Assembly: GCF_004010195.1 (NCBI RefSeq)
Contig: NC_057711.1
Coordinates: 81,200,714-81,264,713, forward strand
Direction: 5' to 3'
DNA: 64,000 nt
Source: Chiloscyllium plagiosum
Lineage: Eukaryota
A model generated the notes under the pieces. The model searched no databases. It worked only from the letters and a program-made list of their open reading frames with translations, and was not told the origin of the DNA. The translations under genes and the position numbers were made by a program. Each line of letters opens with the position of its first letter. Within the stretch, counting starts at the first letter, position 1. This document shows, in pieces, positions 1 through 13,189 of the stretch.

Positions 1-1216
1 TGTTCAAGAAGGGGAGTAGAGACAACCCTGGTAATTATAGACCAGTGAGCCTTACTNNNNNNNNNNNNNNNNNNNNNNNNNNNNNNNNNNNNNNNNNNNN
101 NNNNNNNNNNNNNNNNNNNNNNNNNNNNNNNNNNNNNNNNNNNNNNNNNNNNNNNNNNNNNNNNNNNNNNNNNNNNNNNNNNNNNNNNNNNNNNNNNNNN
201 NNNNNNNNNNNNNNNNNNNNNNNNNNNNNNNNNNNNNNNNNNNNNNNNNNNNNNNNNNNNNNNNNNNNNNNNNNNNNNNNNNNNNNNNNNNNNNNNNNNN
301 NNNNNNNNNNNNNNNNNNNNNNNNNNNNNNNNNNNNNNNNNNNNNNNNNNNNNNNNNNNNNNNNNNNNNNNNNNNNNNNNNNNNNNNNNNNNNNNNNNNN
401 NNNNNNNNNNNNNNNNNNNNNNNNNNNNNNNNNNNNNNNNNNNNNNNNNNNNNNNNNNNNNNNNNNNNNNNNNNNNNNNNNNNNNNNNNNNNNNNNNNNN
501 NNNNNNNNNNNNNNNNNNNNNNNNNNNNNNNNNNNNNNNNNNNNNNNNNNNNNNNNNNNNNNNNNNNNNNNNNNNNNNNNNNNNNNNNNNNNNNNNNNNN
601 NNNNNNNNNNNNNNNNNNNNNNNNNNNNNNNNNNNNNNNNNNNNNNNNNNNNNNNNNNNNNNNNNNNNNNNNNNNNNNNNNNNNNNNNNNNNNNNNNNNN
701 NNNNNNNNNNNNNNNNNNNNNNNNNNNNNNNNNNNNNNNNNNNNNNNNNNNNNNNNNNNNNNNNNNNNNNNNNNNNNNNNNNNNNNNNNNNNNNNNNNNN
801 NNNNNNNNNNNNNNNNNNNNNNNNNNNNNNNNNNNNNNNNNNNNNNNNNNNNNNNNNNNNNNNNNNNNNNNNNNNNNNNGGGCGGCACGTTGGCTCAGTG
901 GTTAGCACTGAGTCAGCTATTACGAGTATGGATCACTGAATATGGAGTCAGCTATTACGAGGGGACATAGCTTTAAATTAAGGAGTGGTAGGTATAGGAC
1001 AGATGTTAGGGGTAGATTCTTTACTCAGCGAGTTGTGAGTTCATGGAATGCCCTGCCAGTAGCAGTGGTGGACTCTCCCTCTTTATGGGCATTTAAACGG
1101 GCATTGGATAGGCATATGGAGGATAGTGGGCTAGTGTAGGTTAGGTGGGCTTGGATCGGCGCAACATTGAGGGCCAAAGGGCCTGTAGTGCGCTGTATTT
1201 TTTCTATGTTTCTATG
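1..1216 (+). mobile_element. CR1-clade LINE 3' portion spanning assembly gap 57-879
   Basis: 1-56 reads FKKGSRDNPGNYRPVSLT (CR1 pre-RT motif). 942-1139 gives the CR1 ORF2 C-terminus (RGHSFKL...FFTQRVVSSWNALP), followed by a 3' UTR ending in a ttctatgtttctatgt tail. A SINE head fragment sits at 880-910. Confidence 0.85.
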
Positions 1217-1800
1217 TCCACTGGATCTCCTCTATCTAACCTACTAATTACCACTTCAAAGAATTCTAATATATTTGTCAAGCATAACTTCCCCTTGATG
1301 AAGCCGCTGACTCACTGTTATTTTACCATGCACTTCCAAGTACTCTGCAATCTCATTCTTAACAATAGATTTTAAAATCTTACCAATGACTGAGGTCAGG
1401 CTAACTGGCCTCTCGCATCCTGTCTTCTGCCTCCCTCCTTTCTTCAACAGTAGTGTTAGATTAGATATTTTCCAATCCCCAGGACCCTACTTGACTCCAG
1501 TGATTCCTGAAAGATCACCATTAATGTCTCCTTCAGAGAATGTAGTCCATTTGTCCTGGGTGATTTATCCGCCTTCAGACCTTTTAACTTCCCCAGCACC
1601 TTTTCCTTAGTGATAGCCTTACTTTCCCTCATATTCTTTGATCCCTTGAGCCCCAAGTGCTATTCCAAGTCCTTTTTGAGATCACATTATGGCCTCAACA
1701 GCTTTCTCTGCGAATGAATTCCACAGGCTCACCATTCCATGGGTAAAGAAATTTCTCCTCAACTTAGTCCTAAATGGTTTACCTCATATCCTTGACCTGT
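1217..1800 (-). mobile_element. Old CR1 LINE fragments
   Basis: Minus ORFs contain RPVSLTSVIGKILKSIV and KLKGLKADKSP, both CR1 ORF2 motifs, with frameshifts. Confidence 0.75.
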
Positions 1801-2866
1801 AATCCCAATATATTTTATGAGCAACTTGACACAAGTCAAGACACACTTAGAAGAAATAAAATCCCAGAAGATAATTGAATGCTTCACAAATTATTCCAGA
1901 TACTAATAATGCCGAACACAAAACAGCTCAAAACAGACATTTTTTTTAAAATTTCTAGCATTTAGAAAATAAAACACAAAACTGATGGGAACTGGTGCAT
2001 TCAATAACTCCTTGAAGGATGAAAAAAATCTATATATAGAATATAGAATATTTGAATTTACTCTTATTCTGGTAATACTGTAACATTCTCAAAAGTACTT
2101 GATGAACATTGATGGGAGCATCAATCACTATTACAAAGCCTCTACACAGAGGAGTGATTCATGATGAGATAAATGGATCAATTTGGGGAGTCAACCTGGA
2201 ACTCAAGGTTGTTCCTGTCAACTTGTAAAACAAACCTGACAAGGACTGTCACTTATGCTGCCTTAAGGAAAGCTCTTGTTTGAGCTAACATATTTTGCAG
2301 ATTGAAAATAAAACTTCCCCACCTCAAATGTTTGCACTCTATTCTCTCTGGTTAAAGTAAAAGGTGCTTATATCTTTCTGAAGTTGGCCAGTGTTGCACA
2401 GCTAGTGCATGTAATTCCTTGTTTGTTTTGTTTACCACGTATGGTGCATGTTCATTGCATAGGTAACAGTTTAAATCACATCCCTCTCCTCATCTACATC
2501 AGCGTTGCCGACTGTATTTTGGTCCCTGCACCGTGTACCTCCAACAAATATTTATCAGAAATATCAGCCATATTTTGGCAAATAGCTGAAATGCTTTGTA
2601 CATGAATTATTGTGCTTTTGCCTGATGAATCTCGTCACAGCTTTAAAATGCTTCAAAAATACAGATGAATATTCAATGTATGTTGTATATGCATATGCAC
2701 GATGAATGTAAATAGTTATCATTTTTCTACAGTAAACAGTAAGCTTTAAGAAAAAAAAATGCCCTCACAATAAGCATCAAAAAAATCATATCCAGATTCC
2801 CTGGAAGCTGCCATGTTGTTTTTATACTGTGATAACCAACAGCTTAAACATGTTCAAACCCTTTAC

Positions 2867-2928
2867 CTATTGCCTTCAAAAACCTGGATAATGAAATCTT
2901 CGAGGAATTCCATCAATGAAGACCATGA
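2867..2928 (-). CDS. Candidate internal exon, 62 nt (SWSSLMEFLEDFIIQVFEGN), gene unknown
   Basis: Minus-strand acceptor ttttttcatattgtag and donor AG|gtaaag, one open frame, non-repeat sequence. No homology recognised. Confidence 0.2.
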
Positions 2929-3174
2929 CTACAATATGAAAAAACCAAATGGTAACCCAGCTGTGATGTTTAATAAGTCATCAGCATGCTGAAGGTGCCT
3001 GAACAGATCATGACGTGTATTTCAGCGCTTGCCAAGGAAGTCCTTAATGTAATTATGATTATTATTGTATTTAAGAAAGTCTAGTGAAGGATTGAACTCT
3101 CGTCAATTATCACCTATTTTTATAAGTATATATTTACAGAGTTACACATTACCAGAAATACCTCCGAAGCCAGC

Positions 3175-3350
3175 AACCAAAGGTACAGCAAAAATCATGG
3201 GTGACTTTAATATGCGCATTGATTCGAATAATCAAATTGGCAAGACTATCCTCAAGGGAGAGTTCATTGAATGTATTAGACATTGTTTCTTGGAGAAATG
3301 TGATAGGGAACCAACCAGGGAGCAAATTATACTAGATTTGGAATTGTGAT
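3175..3350 (+). mobile_element. CR1 endonuclease-domain fragment
   Basis: IMGDFNMRID...EFIECIRHCFLE...PTREQIILDL matches the APE endonuclease motifs of CR1 ORF2. Confidence 0.75.
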
Positions 3351-3351
3351 A

Positions 3352-4230
3352 TGAAGTCCACATTGATGCCCTGGGGTTGAAGTGTTCTGAGGCGGAAGAT
3401 GAGGCGTTCTTCCTCCAGGCGTCTGGTGGTGAGGAAGCGGCGGTGAAGGAGGCCCAGGACCTCCATGCCCTCAGCAGAGTGGGAGGGGGAGTTGAAATGT
3501 TGGGCCACGGGGCAGTGTGGTTGATTGGTGCGGGTGTCCTGGAGATGTTCCCTAAAGCACTCTGCTAGGAGGCACCCANNNNNNNNNNNNNNNNNNNNNN
3601 NNNNNNNNNNNNNNNNNNNNNNNNNNNNNNNNNNNNNNNNNNNNNNNNNNNNNNNNNNNNNNNNNNNNNNNNNNNNNNNNNNNNNNNNNNNNNNNNNNNN
3701 NNNNNNNNNNNNNNNNNNNNNNNNNNNNNNNNNNNNNNNNNNNNGGTTGGTGGGGTTGGGTCTGAGGGCGGAGGTGCGGGATGTGGACGTGATGCGTTGG
3801 AGGGCATCTTTAACCACGTGGGAAGGGAAATTGCGGTCTCTAAAGAAGGAGGCCATCTGGTGGAACTGGTCCTCCTGGGAGCAGATCCGGCGGAGGTGGA
3901 GGAATTGGGAGTACGGGATGGCATTTTTGCAAGAGGTAGGGTGGGAAGAGGTGTGTAATCCAGGTAGCTGTGGGAGTTGGTGGGTTTGTAAAAAATGTCA
4001 GTGTCAAGTTGGTCGTCATTAATGGAGATGGAGAGGTCCAGGAAGGGGAGGGAGGTGTCAGAGATGGTCCAGGTAAATTTAAGGTCAGGGTGGAATGTGT
4101 TGGTGAAGTTGATGAATTGCTCAACCTCCTCGCGGGAGCACAAGGTGGCGCCAATGCAGTCATCAATGTAGTGGAGGAAGAGGTGGGGAGTGGTGCCGGT
4201 GTAATTACAGAAGATCAACTGCTCTACGTA
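3352..4230 (-). mobile_element. Penelope-like element (Neptune-like), RT to endonuclease C-terminus; contains gap 3579-3744
   Basis: HYIDDCIG (RT catalytic motif), LKFTWTISDTSLPFLDL, FYKPTNSHSYLDY, and C-terminal VAQHFNSPSH...RRLEEERLIFRLRTLQPQGIN. Confidence 0.9.
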
Positions 4231-4289
4231 GGCTGTGAGGTTCATTAGGCCTGTCAGCTCCTGGCCTTGGTCCAAACATAGATAAAAGA

Positions 4290-5450
4290 GCTGAACTTGT
4301 AAGAGAAGAACTGAAAGTGTCTGGCCTTGACATTAAGGCAGCACTTGATTGAGTGGGGTAGCAAGGAGATGAGACAGCCTTAGCAAAATGGGTTTTTGTT
4401 GTGGGAGGGGGAAAGTGTGGGTTTCTTCACTGGTTGGAGTCATACTGAGTGCAAAGGAAGATGCTTGTGGTCATTGAAACTCAATCACATCAGTCTCAGG
4501 ATATTTTGGCAGGAGTTCCTCAGAGTAGTGTCCTTGGCCCAGTCATCTTCCCTTGGTTCTTTAACAAAACTCCCTCCATCCTAAGGTCAGAAGTGGGGAT
4601 GCTCGTTGGTCACTGCACAATGTTCAGCACCATTTGCAACTTCTGAAGCAGCCGATGTCCATATGTAGGAAGACCTGGAAGACATGAAAAGTTCCAGCTA
4701 ATATTTGCACTGAATAAATGATAAGTAATGACCATCTTGAACAAGACAGAATCTAAGCATCTCCCCTTGATGTTCTTTGTCATCACCATCACTGACTACC
4801 CCATATCACCATTCTGGAAATTTACAATTGACCAGAAATTTAACTGGTCTAGCCAGTACAAATAATATGGCCACCAGAGCAAGTCAGCGGTTGGGAATTC
4901 TGCAGACAGTAACTCAAATCATGACCTCCAAAGCTTATCCACGATCTACATGGACAAGCTAAGAGTTTTATGGAACATTCTCCACTTTTCCGATTTAGTG
5001 TGCAACACTCAAAAAGCTCAATGCCATCCAGGATTAAGGAGCCAGCTTGATTGGCACACCTTCCACCATCTTAAACATTCTTTCCATCGCCATTGTATAA
5101 CAAGAATGTATACTATCTACAAAACTCACTGAAGCAATGCGTTGATACTCTTTTGCACTAATACCCACATTCCAAACCTGCAGCCTCAACCACCTAGGAC
5201 AAGAGCAGTTGACAGATGTATACACCTCCACCTACAGCTGCCCTTCCAATCCACACCCCATAAGACTTAAAACCATATCGTCTTCACTGGGTCACTGGAA
5301 CTACCTTCCTAACAGCACTGTGGATGTGCCTGCAACACATGAACTGTGGCAATTAAGGAAGTTAGCTCACCACCACAATCCCCAGGACAATTTGTGATGG
5401 ACAAGAAATAGGCAACAGAGAGATCTACAATGCATGAAAGAATATATATT
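4290..5450 (+). mobile_element. Old CR1/L2-group LINE, RT to 3' end
   Basis: AGVPQSSVLGP motif near 4510, degenerate downstream RT, and 3' tail ggacaatttgtgatggacaagaaata related to the gggcaataaatgctg tail type. Confidence 0.7.
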
Positions 5451-6658
5451 TTTTAAAAGTCTTTTTCATGCTGTTTTATGACTTCTGGTGTAAAGCTGGA
5501 CTTAGTTTTGGATTAGCACTGATACATGGAACTTTTACAGTTGTCAGTTGGTGAATGTAATTGCACCTGTCTGAAGTGCCTTAATGTTCCATACAAAAAT
5601 AAATTCCTTTGCCAGGGAGAGAAAACATTTTTATCTGCATGACTGATTGGAGCTGTACATATGGTAAAAGCATCAATGTATTCTGGAGTATATATAATCT
5701 TGTAATATTTATTGTTCCCATAGGATCACAAGACCAGAAATATAAACCCTGCCCTAATCTAATGTTTTTTAGAGTTGTCAGTTGTGATGATTAAAGGACA
5801 GTCTAGTGGGAAATTTTATAAATAGGGAAGTGTGGAAATGTCATTAATCTTGAATATATCCACACTTGTGAGTAAACTCAGGTAATTAATGGCACAAACA
5901 ATCATTTCATATGCAAACATATCAAAAAGCACATGTCCGTCTGGAACATACAGTGACATTTCAATGCTGATTTATTTACTCTGGGAACAAGTTGATGAAT
6001 GTGAAATCAGTCTGTAACAACGCCATCTCACTATAGGTCTGGTGTAGACCAGCTGCCTTCAGGTTTGGCACAGGGCAAAGAATTCCTTTACAAAAACATA
6101 CTTACTGTGCAAACATTTAATAAGATTCAAGCTGTTGCAAGCATTAACTCACTACTGTTTTGGCAGAAAGTTTACACCAAGTAAGTAAAAGAGATTATGA
6201 AGTGATTGTACAGAATAACAACGCATTTTAAAATGCCAGAACTATGACATTGAAAATAGATATCTTCATGAAAAAAGATTGCAAACACCATCTCTGATAT
6301 TTAGATTTGTAAATACATTTGAGTAAGATAGGCTCAGCCATTATTTTCCACAAATAAAAGTATATTGCTTTGGCATTTATAAATGGATGTCACATATCCA
6401 TTTTTATTACTGCATTATATTGCCACTGCTGTGAGTCTTAGTCATTTCCTATTAATTAGCAAACATGTAACCTCAGGCGTCAGTTGGTAAGTGGTCAAAC
6501 TAGTGACAAATAGTACCACATTAGCACAAGATAAGACATTTGAAATGGCCCCAAAGTTCAAGATGTACAAATAAATATTATTTGTTCTCATAATGCACTC
6601 AGCATGCTCTATGGTTTCATTTACAAAATTGTTCCTGTGTCCAATTCCTCTGGTGCAG

Positions 6659-6712
6659 ATTGGGTGCCTGTTATTCAATAGATGGGACTTTGAACGTCAA
6701 CGATGGAGTGAG
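6659..6712 (+). CDS. Candidate 54-nt internal exon (IGCLLFNRWDFERQRWSE, or LGACYSIDGTLNVNDGV in another frame), gene unknown
   Basis: Pyrimidine-rich acceptor ttcctgtgtccaattcctctggtgcag, strong donor GAG|gtgagc, length divisible by 3, two retained CpGs in CGT/CGA codons, inside a repeat-free island. Confidence 0.4.
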
Positions 6713-7740
6713 GTGAGCAATTTTAAAGAATTGGAAATTCCCTCTGTACATGTCGCAAGTTCTTTGCACCATTTCTGTAATGGAACATGTTCTTCTCCAG
6801 ATGATAGTCTAGGATGGAATTTATTATGGACTTTGTCCCAATGAAACAGTTCTAGTTGCATCCACATTTTGCTAAAAGTCACCAAAGAAAAGAGTTTATA
6901 CCATACTTCTATCAAAATTAAGGTAATGTAACAGAAAAATCTCCAAGCAAACCATCAGTTTGTTTTCTGATATATGTCCCATTCATAGAAAATAGACTCT
7001 TAGAGCTTTTGATACTTCAAACAAACAAGTCAACAGTATCAAACCAATCGTTGTCTTCTATCTTCCTTTTATATGTACGAAGTTAGACTGATTTCAATCC
7101 CACGTGTACAGTTTTTAAAAATTGACCGCATTACAACCAAATTGCATATTGGCCATATTGAACATAACTGAATGATTCCAATTTTAACCATATCTGCTTT
7201 AAGTGTTTAGGACTGGTTGTGCACACATAATTTGTATTGCTTTGCCAGCCAAGAATATGAAGGGTGATACTGTGAATTGAATAGTAGGACAGATGACAGG
7301 GACTGAATGATCTCTAAACCTGTTCAATGTATGATGGCAAGATCTAGATTAATTCATAATGTAGAGAATAAATGGACTCGGAGCAGGAGCCCAAAAGTGC
7401 AGTAAGATCCTGACTGATTGTCATGTGAATAAAAGCAGGGACTGAGTGGTGTGGAGATATTGACTGGAGCTTGGTGTGATAGGGCCAAGAGAGAGTCTGA
7501 TTGAGATGGTATAAGAATGGGGCCTGGTTTGGTGGGATGTAAGCAGTCCTAGAAAAGCATTCATGGCATGGATGGGCATGTTGGGGCAAATGAAACTGGA
7601 CACTTTGTTGATAAGGCATTTACGTGAATGCAGTGCACCTCCACCAGATGTCAATCAATGTGAAATACTAACTTAACATGAGTGGAAGCTCAAATCTCCA
7701 GCTAACTACTTTCTTAACTTCATACAGCTGAGTACATTTG

Positions 7741-9095
7741 GGGGAAGTGATGGCCTTGTGGTATTCTCACTAACATTTTAATCCAAAAACTCAACTAATG
7801 TCCTGTGGATCCAGGTTCGAAACCTGCCACAGCAGATGGTAGAATTAGAATTCATAAAATATCTGCAATTAAGAATCTGCTGATGACCATGAAACAACTG
7901 TCAGTTGTCAAAATACCCTTCTGGCTCATTAATGTCCATCAGGGTGGGAAATATGCCAATCTCTCAACTTCCTTCTAAAGTAGCCCAGCAAACCACCCAG
8001 TTGTTTCAATCATTTTCCAGTTTCAACAAAGACATAAAAGCAGGTGGCTCACCCGGCATCAATCTAGGCACTGAAAAAGCAACAGCCCTATCGACCCTGC
8101 AAAATCCTCCTTACTAACATCTGGAAGTAAGTGCCAAGATTGGGAGAGCTGCCTCCGACTAGACAAACAACATATCCTATCCCGCCAACAGGACAAACCC
8201 AGCAGAGATGGCAGCACAGTGATACAGAGTTGGGAGTGATTTGCCCTGTGAGTCCTCAACGTTTAGTCTAGACCCCATGAAGTCTTATGGCATCAGGCTA
8301 AATGTGGATTAGGAAAGACTCTTCTTAATTTTTATGGATGCACCACCGAAAGCAACCTGTCTGGGTGCACCACAGCATGGTATGACAACTGTTTTTACCA
8401 ACAGCACAAGAAACTGCAGAGAATCGTGAACAGAGCCTAATCCATCACACCAACCAGCCTTCCACCCATTGACTCCAGCCATACTTGCTGCTGTCTCAGA
8501 AAGCAAACAATATAATCAAAGACCCGTCCCACCCTGGTCACACTCTCTTCCACCCTCTTCTGTTGGGCAGAAGATATGAATGTTTGAATACACGTATGAA
8601 CAGACTCAAGAACAACTTCTATCCTGCTGTTATCAGCCTTTTGAACAAACCTCTCAAATATTAATCCTGATTTCTTCTGTCCACCTTCTTTGTGGATGTA
8701 ACACTGCATTCTACACTCTGCTCTGCACTTTCTATGGTGCAATCTGCCTATATAGTGAGTAAAACAACACTTTTCGTACATGTGACGATAATAAATTAAA
8801 CTCAAACTCAGTGTACCATCCTCCCTCAGCTCATGAATCACTTCTCCGCCATGTTGAACAACACTGGGGGTGGGGGGGGGTGGGGAAGCATGGAGGGTTG
8901 CAAGGGTGCAAAATGTCTCTGGGTGGGGTATTTCAATATCCAGCATCATGAGAGGCTTGGCAGCAGCACTACTGATCCAGCTGGTCAGGTCCTAAGGGAC
9001 AGAGCTGCTAGACTGCATCTGCACCAGTTAGTGGAGTAACCAACAAGAGGAAAAACATACTTGACCTCATCCTTACCAATCTGCTGGCTACCCGT
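7741..9095 (+). mobile_element. 5' portion of an old CR1/L2-group LINE (tRNA-like 5' end plus endonuclease), interrupted by a Rex/Babar fragment
   Basis: The head has a B-box-like ggttcgaaacc at about 7814. Endonuclease remnants read LWVGYFNIQHH...TTDPAGQVL and PTRGKNILDLILTNL. Confidence 0.65.
8330..8810 (+). mobile_element. Rex1/Babar LINE 3' end
   Basis: Remnants HPGHTLFHPLLLGRRY and NRLKNNFYPAVISLLN, with a 3' tail catgtgacgataataaattaaactcaaactca. Confidence 0.75.
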
Positions 9096-9764
9096 GCTGG
9101 AAGGACACTTCCGCACCAAAGCTATTTAAAAATACCATTAACTACTTATAAGTTAATTGATGACTGATTTGTTTGGCTGTTATGATTGCAGAGGTTTTTG
9201 GTGCATTCTGGGAGTGTCATGTTGAAAAAGTATACAGTGAATGCTGTGGCAGTTGCTGAAGCATATCTTGCTGATTTCAAGGATTCTACCCAAATTGAGT
9301 GCCCCATATATCGGTGCAGTAGTTGGTATTTCCCTTGAAGTACGGTATTTTAATGATTATAAGTCCAAACAGGAAATACTGCTGGAAGATGAGGAAAGGG
9401 AGGTAGGCTCTCAGCTGAAGATCATATTCCTCAGAGTGTTCAAAAAGCAATTCTTCTACCTAAACCTCAGCAAAGAAAAACATGTAAGACATTGGCAAGG
9501 TTATTTTTCACTTGAATAAACAATCTTATTTGTTATGAAGGTGAGCTGTAATGACCTTTTTGTGCATTTGGCTCCTTGTAGTATGGTGCTCCAGATATTT
9601 GCAACACATTGCATTTTTAAAAATCTATTATTATTTAACAAAGATCACCGAGATCCACTATTCAATGATAGCTAACAACTTATTATTCTCTCTTGCAAGG
9701 GACAGGTGAAGTGTGCCCATGCTTTGGCCAGGTTTTCATGCTTCTTCATGATGTTGGGTGCCAT

Positions 9765-12130
9765 ATAGTCAGAGAGTTATACAATTGTGCAAAACAGAAA
9801 CAACCCCTTCAGTCCAACTCATCCATATTATCCAGGCATTCCAATCTGACCTGGTCCCATTTGCCAGTATTTGGACCATTTCCCTCTAAACCTTTCCTAT
9901 TCATTTGTCCATCCAAATGCCTCTTAAATGATGTAATTGTACCAGCCTCCACCACTTCTTCTGGCAACTCATTTCAATATGCACCACACTCTGCATTTAA
10001 AAGTTAGCCCTCAGATCCTTTACAAATCTTTTCCCTTCTAGCTTAAACTTATGCCCTTTGATTTCGGACTTTTCACTCCAGGTGGCATGGTGACTCAGGG
10101 TGGCACAGTGGCTCAAGGCTGGCATGGTGGCTCAGTGGTTAGCACTGCTGCCTCATAGTGCCAGGGACCAGGGTTCAATTCCAGCTGTGGGCAACTGTCT
10201 ACGTGAAGTTTGCACATTCTCCCAGTGTCTGCGTGGGTTTCTTCTGCATGCTCCGGTTTCCCCCCACAATCCAAGGATGTGCAGGTTAGGTGAACTGGCC
10301 ATGCTAAATTACCCATAGTGTTCAAGGATGTATAGGTTTGGTGCATTCATCAGAGGTAAGTATAGGATATAAGGGTAGGGGAACCTTCTGGGTGGGTTAC
10401 TCTTCAGATGGTCAGTGTGGATTGTTGGGCTGAAGGGCCAATTTCTACGCTATACAGATTCTATGATTCTAGTAAAAAAAAAAGCCTTGGCTACTTACCC
10501 TTTCCACGCGCCTCATGATTTTATAAACCACCATAAAGTCACCCCTCAGCCTCCGATGCTCTAGGGAAGAAAGCCCCAGCCTATTCAGCCTCTCCTGAAA
10601 ACTCAAATCTTCTGGTCCCAGTGACTTGCTTGTTATTCTTTTCTGGACCCACCCAAGTTTAACAACATCATTCTTATAGAGAGCAACCAGAATTGTATGA
10701 AGTATTCTAAAACTGGTCTCACCAATGTTGTTTACAGCCGCAACATGACATCCAATGCCTATACTCAATGCTCTGACCAATGAAGGCAAGCATGCCAAAT
10801 ACCTCCTTCACCACCCTGTCTACCTGCGACTCCACTTTCAAGGAATTATGCACCTGTATCCCCAGGTCTCTTTATTCAACAACACTCCCAGGACCTCGCC
10901 ATTAATTGTATCAGTCCTGCCCTAGTTTACTTTATCAAAATGCAACACCTCACATATATCTAAATTAAACTCCATCTGCAACTCCTTAGCCCATTGGCTC
11001 ATCTGATCAAGGTCACATTATACTCTGAGATAATCTTCTTCACTGTGCACAGCACAGCCTATTTTTATGTCATCTGCAAACTTACTAACCATGTCTTCTA
11101 TATTCACATCCAGATCATTTATATAAATGACAAAAAGCTATTGACCCAACACCGATCCTTGTGGCACACCATTGGACACAGGCCTCCAGTCTGAAAAGCA
11201 ATTCTCTACTACCATCCTCTGTCTCCTCCCTTCAAGCCAATTCTGTACCTAATTGGCTAGCTCACCAGATCCCATATGATCACACCTTACTAACCAATCT
11301 ACCACATGGAGACTTATCAAACGCTTTGCTCACATCCATATGGACATCTACTGCTCTGCCTTCATCAATCTTCTTTGTCATCTCGTCAAGTTAGTGAGAC
11401 ATGATTTCCCATGCACAAAGCCAATTTGACTATCCCTAATCAGTCCTTGCCTTTCCAAATGCATGTATATTCTGTCCCTCAGAATCCCCTCCAACAACTT
11501 ACTCACCACTCATGTCAGGTTCACCAGTCTCTAGCCTCCTGGCTTTTCCTTACAGCCTTTCTTCAATAGTGACACCACATTAGCCACCCTCCACTCTTCT
11601 GATACCTCACCAGTGGCTGTCAATGATGCAAATACCTCAGCTAGGGGCCCAATAATCTTTTCCCTAGTGTCCCACAAAGTTCTGGGCAATACCTAATCAG
11701 ACCCCCAGGGATGTAAGTACGTTTTGGCATTTTATGATCTCCAGCACCTCCTTTTCTGGCATATGAACTCTTTTCAAGACATCACTATTTATTTCCCCAA
11801 GTACCTAACTTCCATGTTCTTTTCCACAGTAAATACTGACAAAAATATCCATTTAGTATCTCACCCACCCCCTGTGGTTCCACACATAAATGGCCACATT
11901 GATCTTTAAGGGGCTCTATTCTCTCTTAGTTACTCTTTTGCCCTTAATGTTTTTGTAGAAGCTATTTGGATTGTCCTTAACTCTATTTGCCAAAGTTATC
12001 TCATATCCCCATTTTGCCCTCTTGATTTTCCGCTTTTGTATACACCTACTGCCCTTCTATTCTTCCAGTGATTTATTTGATCCCAGCTGTCTATACCTGA
12101 CATATGCATCATTTTTTTCTTGGCCAGCTG
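9765..12130 (-). mobile_element. CR1 (HER1-like) LINE, 5'-truncated, with inserted SINE
   Basis: Minus ORF RLNRLGLSSLEHRRLRGD; continuous similarity to the CR1 copy at 38547-40800. Confidence 0.9.
10081..10471 (+). mobile_element. HE1-type tRNA-derived SINE with triplicated head
   Basis: A-box tggctcagtgg, B-box ggttcaattcc, HE1 core gtttgcacattctccc...ggccatgctaaatt, CR1-like tail gggctgaagggcc, and attctatg repeats. Confidence 0.9.
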
Positions 12131-13189
12131 CCACTAACTGTTAAATGTTTCTCTGCAACATAAATTTACTAATCGCATGCAAGGATTGGTAATATAATAA
12201 GGTAATTTTTTTTTAGGTTGAACGTTAGATATATGCAGATAATGTTCACTGAGAGACTAAGTATTGTACATCTAATCTCTTCTCCTGATGCTTGCAGACT
12301 GACTACCAGTCATAGGACTAATACATCAGATCCTGTGTCAGTGTAATAGTGATTGACAGCAATTTAATATGTGCTCTTCTTTAAGTGTTGGTACATCATA
12401 TCACAGCAATCATCATTTTTTTTAAACAAAGATTTACATTAAAGAATCAAACTATATACATGTGAGAAAATTAAGCAACATTTTATCTGAGTGTACTTTA
12501 ATACAGAGCAACAAACTTGCAACTCTCTGAAACATATTGTTAGTTTGCTTACCCTAACTAGCTTAAGTTATACCGTCTTTGCAGGAGGATGTTTTCAGAA
12601 TACTCAATAGAATTATTTTGTTTGTGTTATATCTTAGACTTTATTCTAGTCACATTTTAATTACTTAGTGTTTCTGGATGCATTATTGTCCTGGTTTGGC
12701 ATCTGTTTAGTTACACCAACATATCATTTAATATTGGCAAATTACAGAGTCATGTTTCTGGGCAAATGCTGATCATTTTAGTTGGATTCCATTTTCTATT
12801 TATACTTTGTACTCACACTTTTCTGTCCAATGCTAAATTTGGTAATTTGTTACCTTTTTTTGGGCATTTTTCACCTTCCTTTGTTATTAAAGTGACATAT
12901 CATGTTGCCCTGGGAGTATCAATAAGTGATGTCTTGATGAGCAATGAGTGGCGTTTTGGCTGTGGAATAACAACTCTGAATAGATCCTCAGTATGAAGTT
13001 TAGAATGGGTCCATATATTCAGTTCAAATAGTGTGGTGTAGCCTGTTGACTAATCAGCTCTGTTGCAGAGTTAGGTGATCTGCTCCCATTGTAATTATCA
13101 TCTGAATTTGAATTTTTAAATAATGATCAGGTAGATCATTGAACAACCAACTTATATTAACTACAACACTCAGCAAAACATCAAAGCCA

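Noticed and set aside
45..905. Long ORFs of 278-286 aa, and similar ones across 3579-3744 and 63035-63326
   Set aside because: They consist mostly of N-gap translation and are not real ORFs.
910..961. Direct repeat gagtcagctattacgag
   Set aside because: It lies within about 80 nt of a gap edge, so an assembly artefact cannot be excluded.
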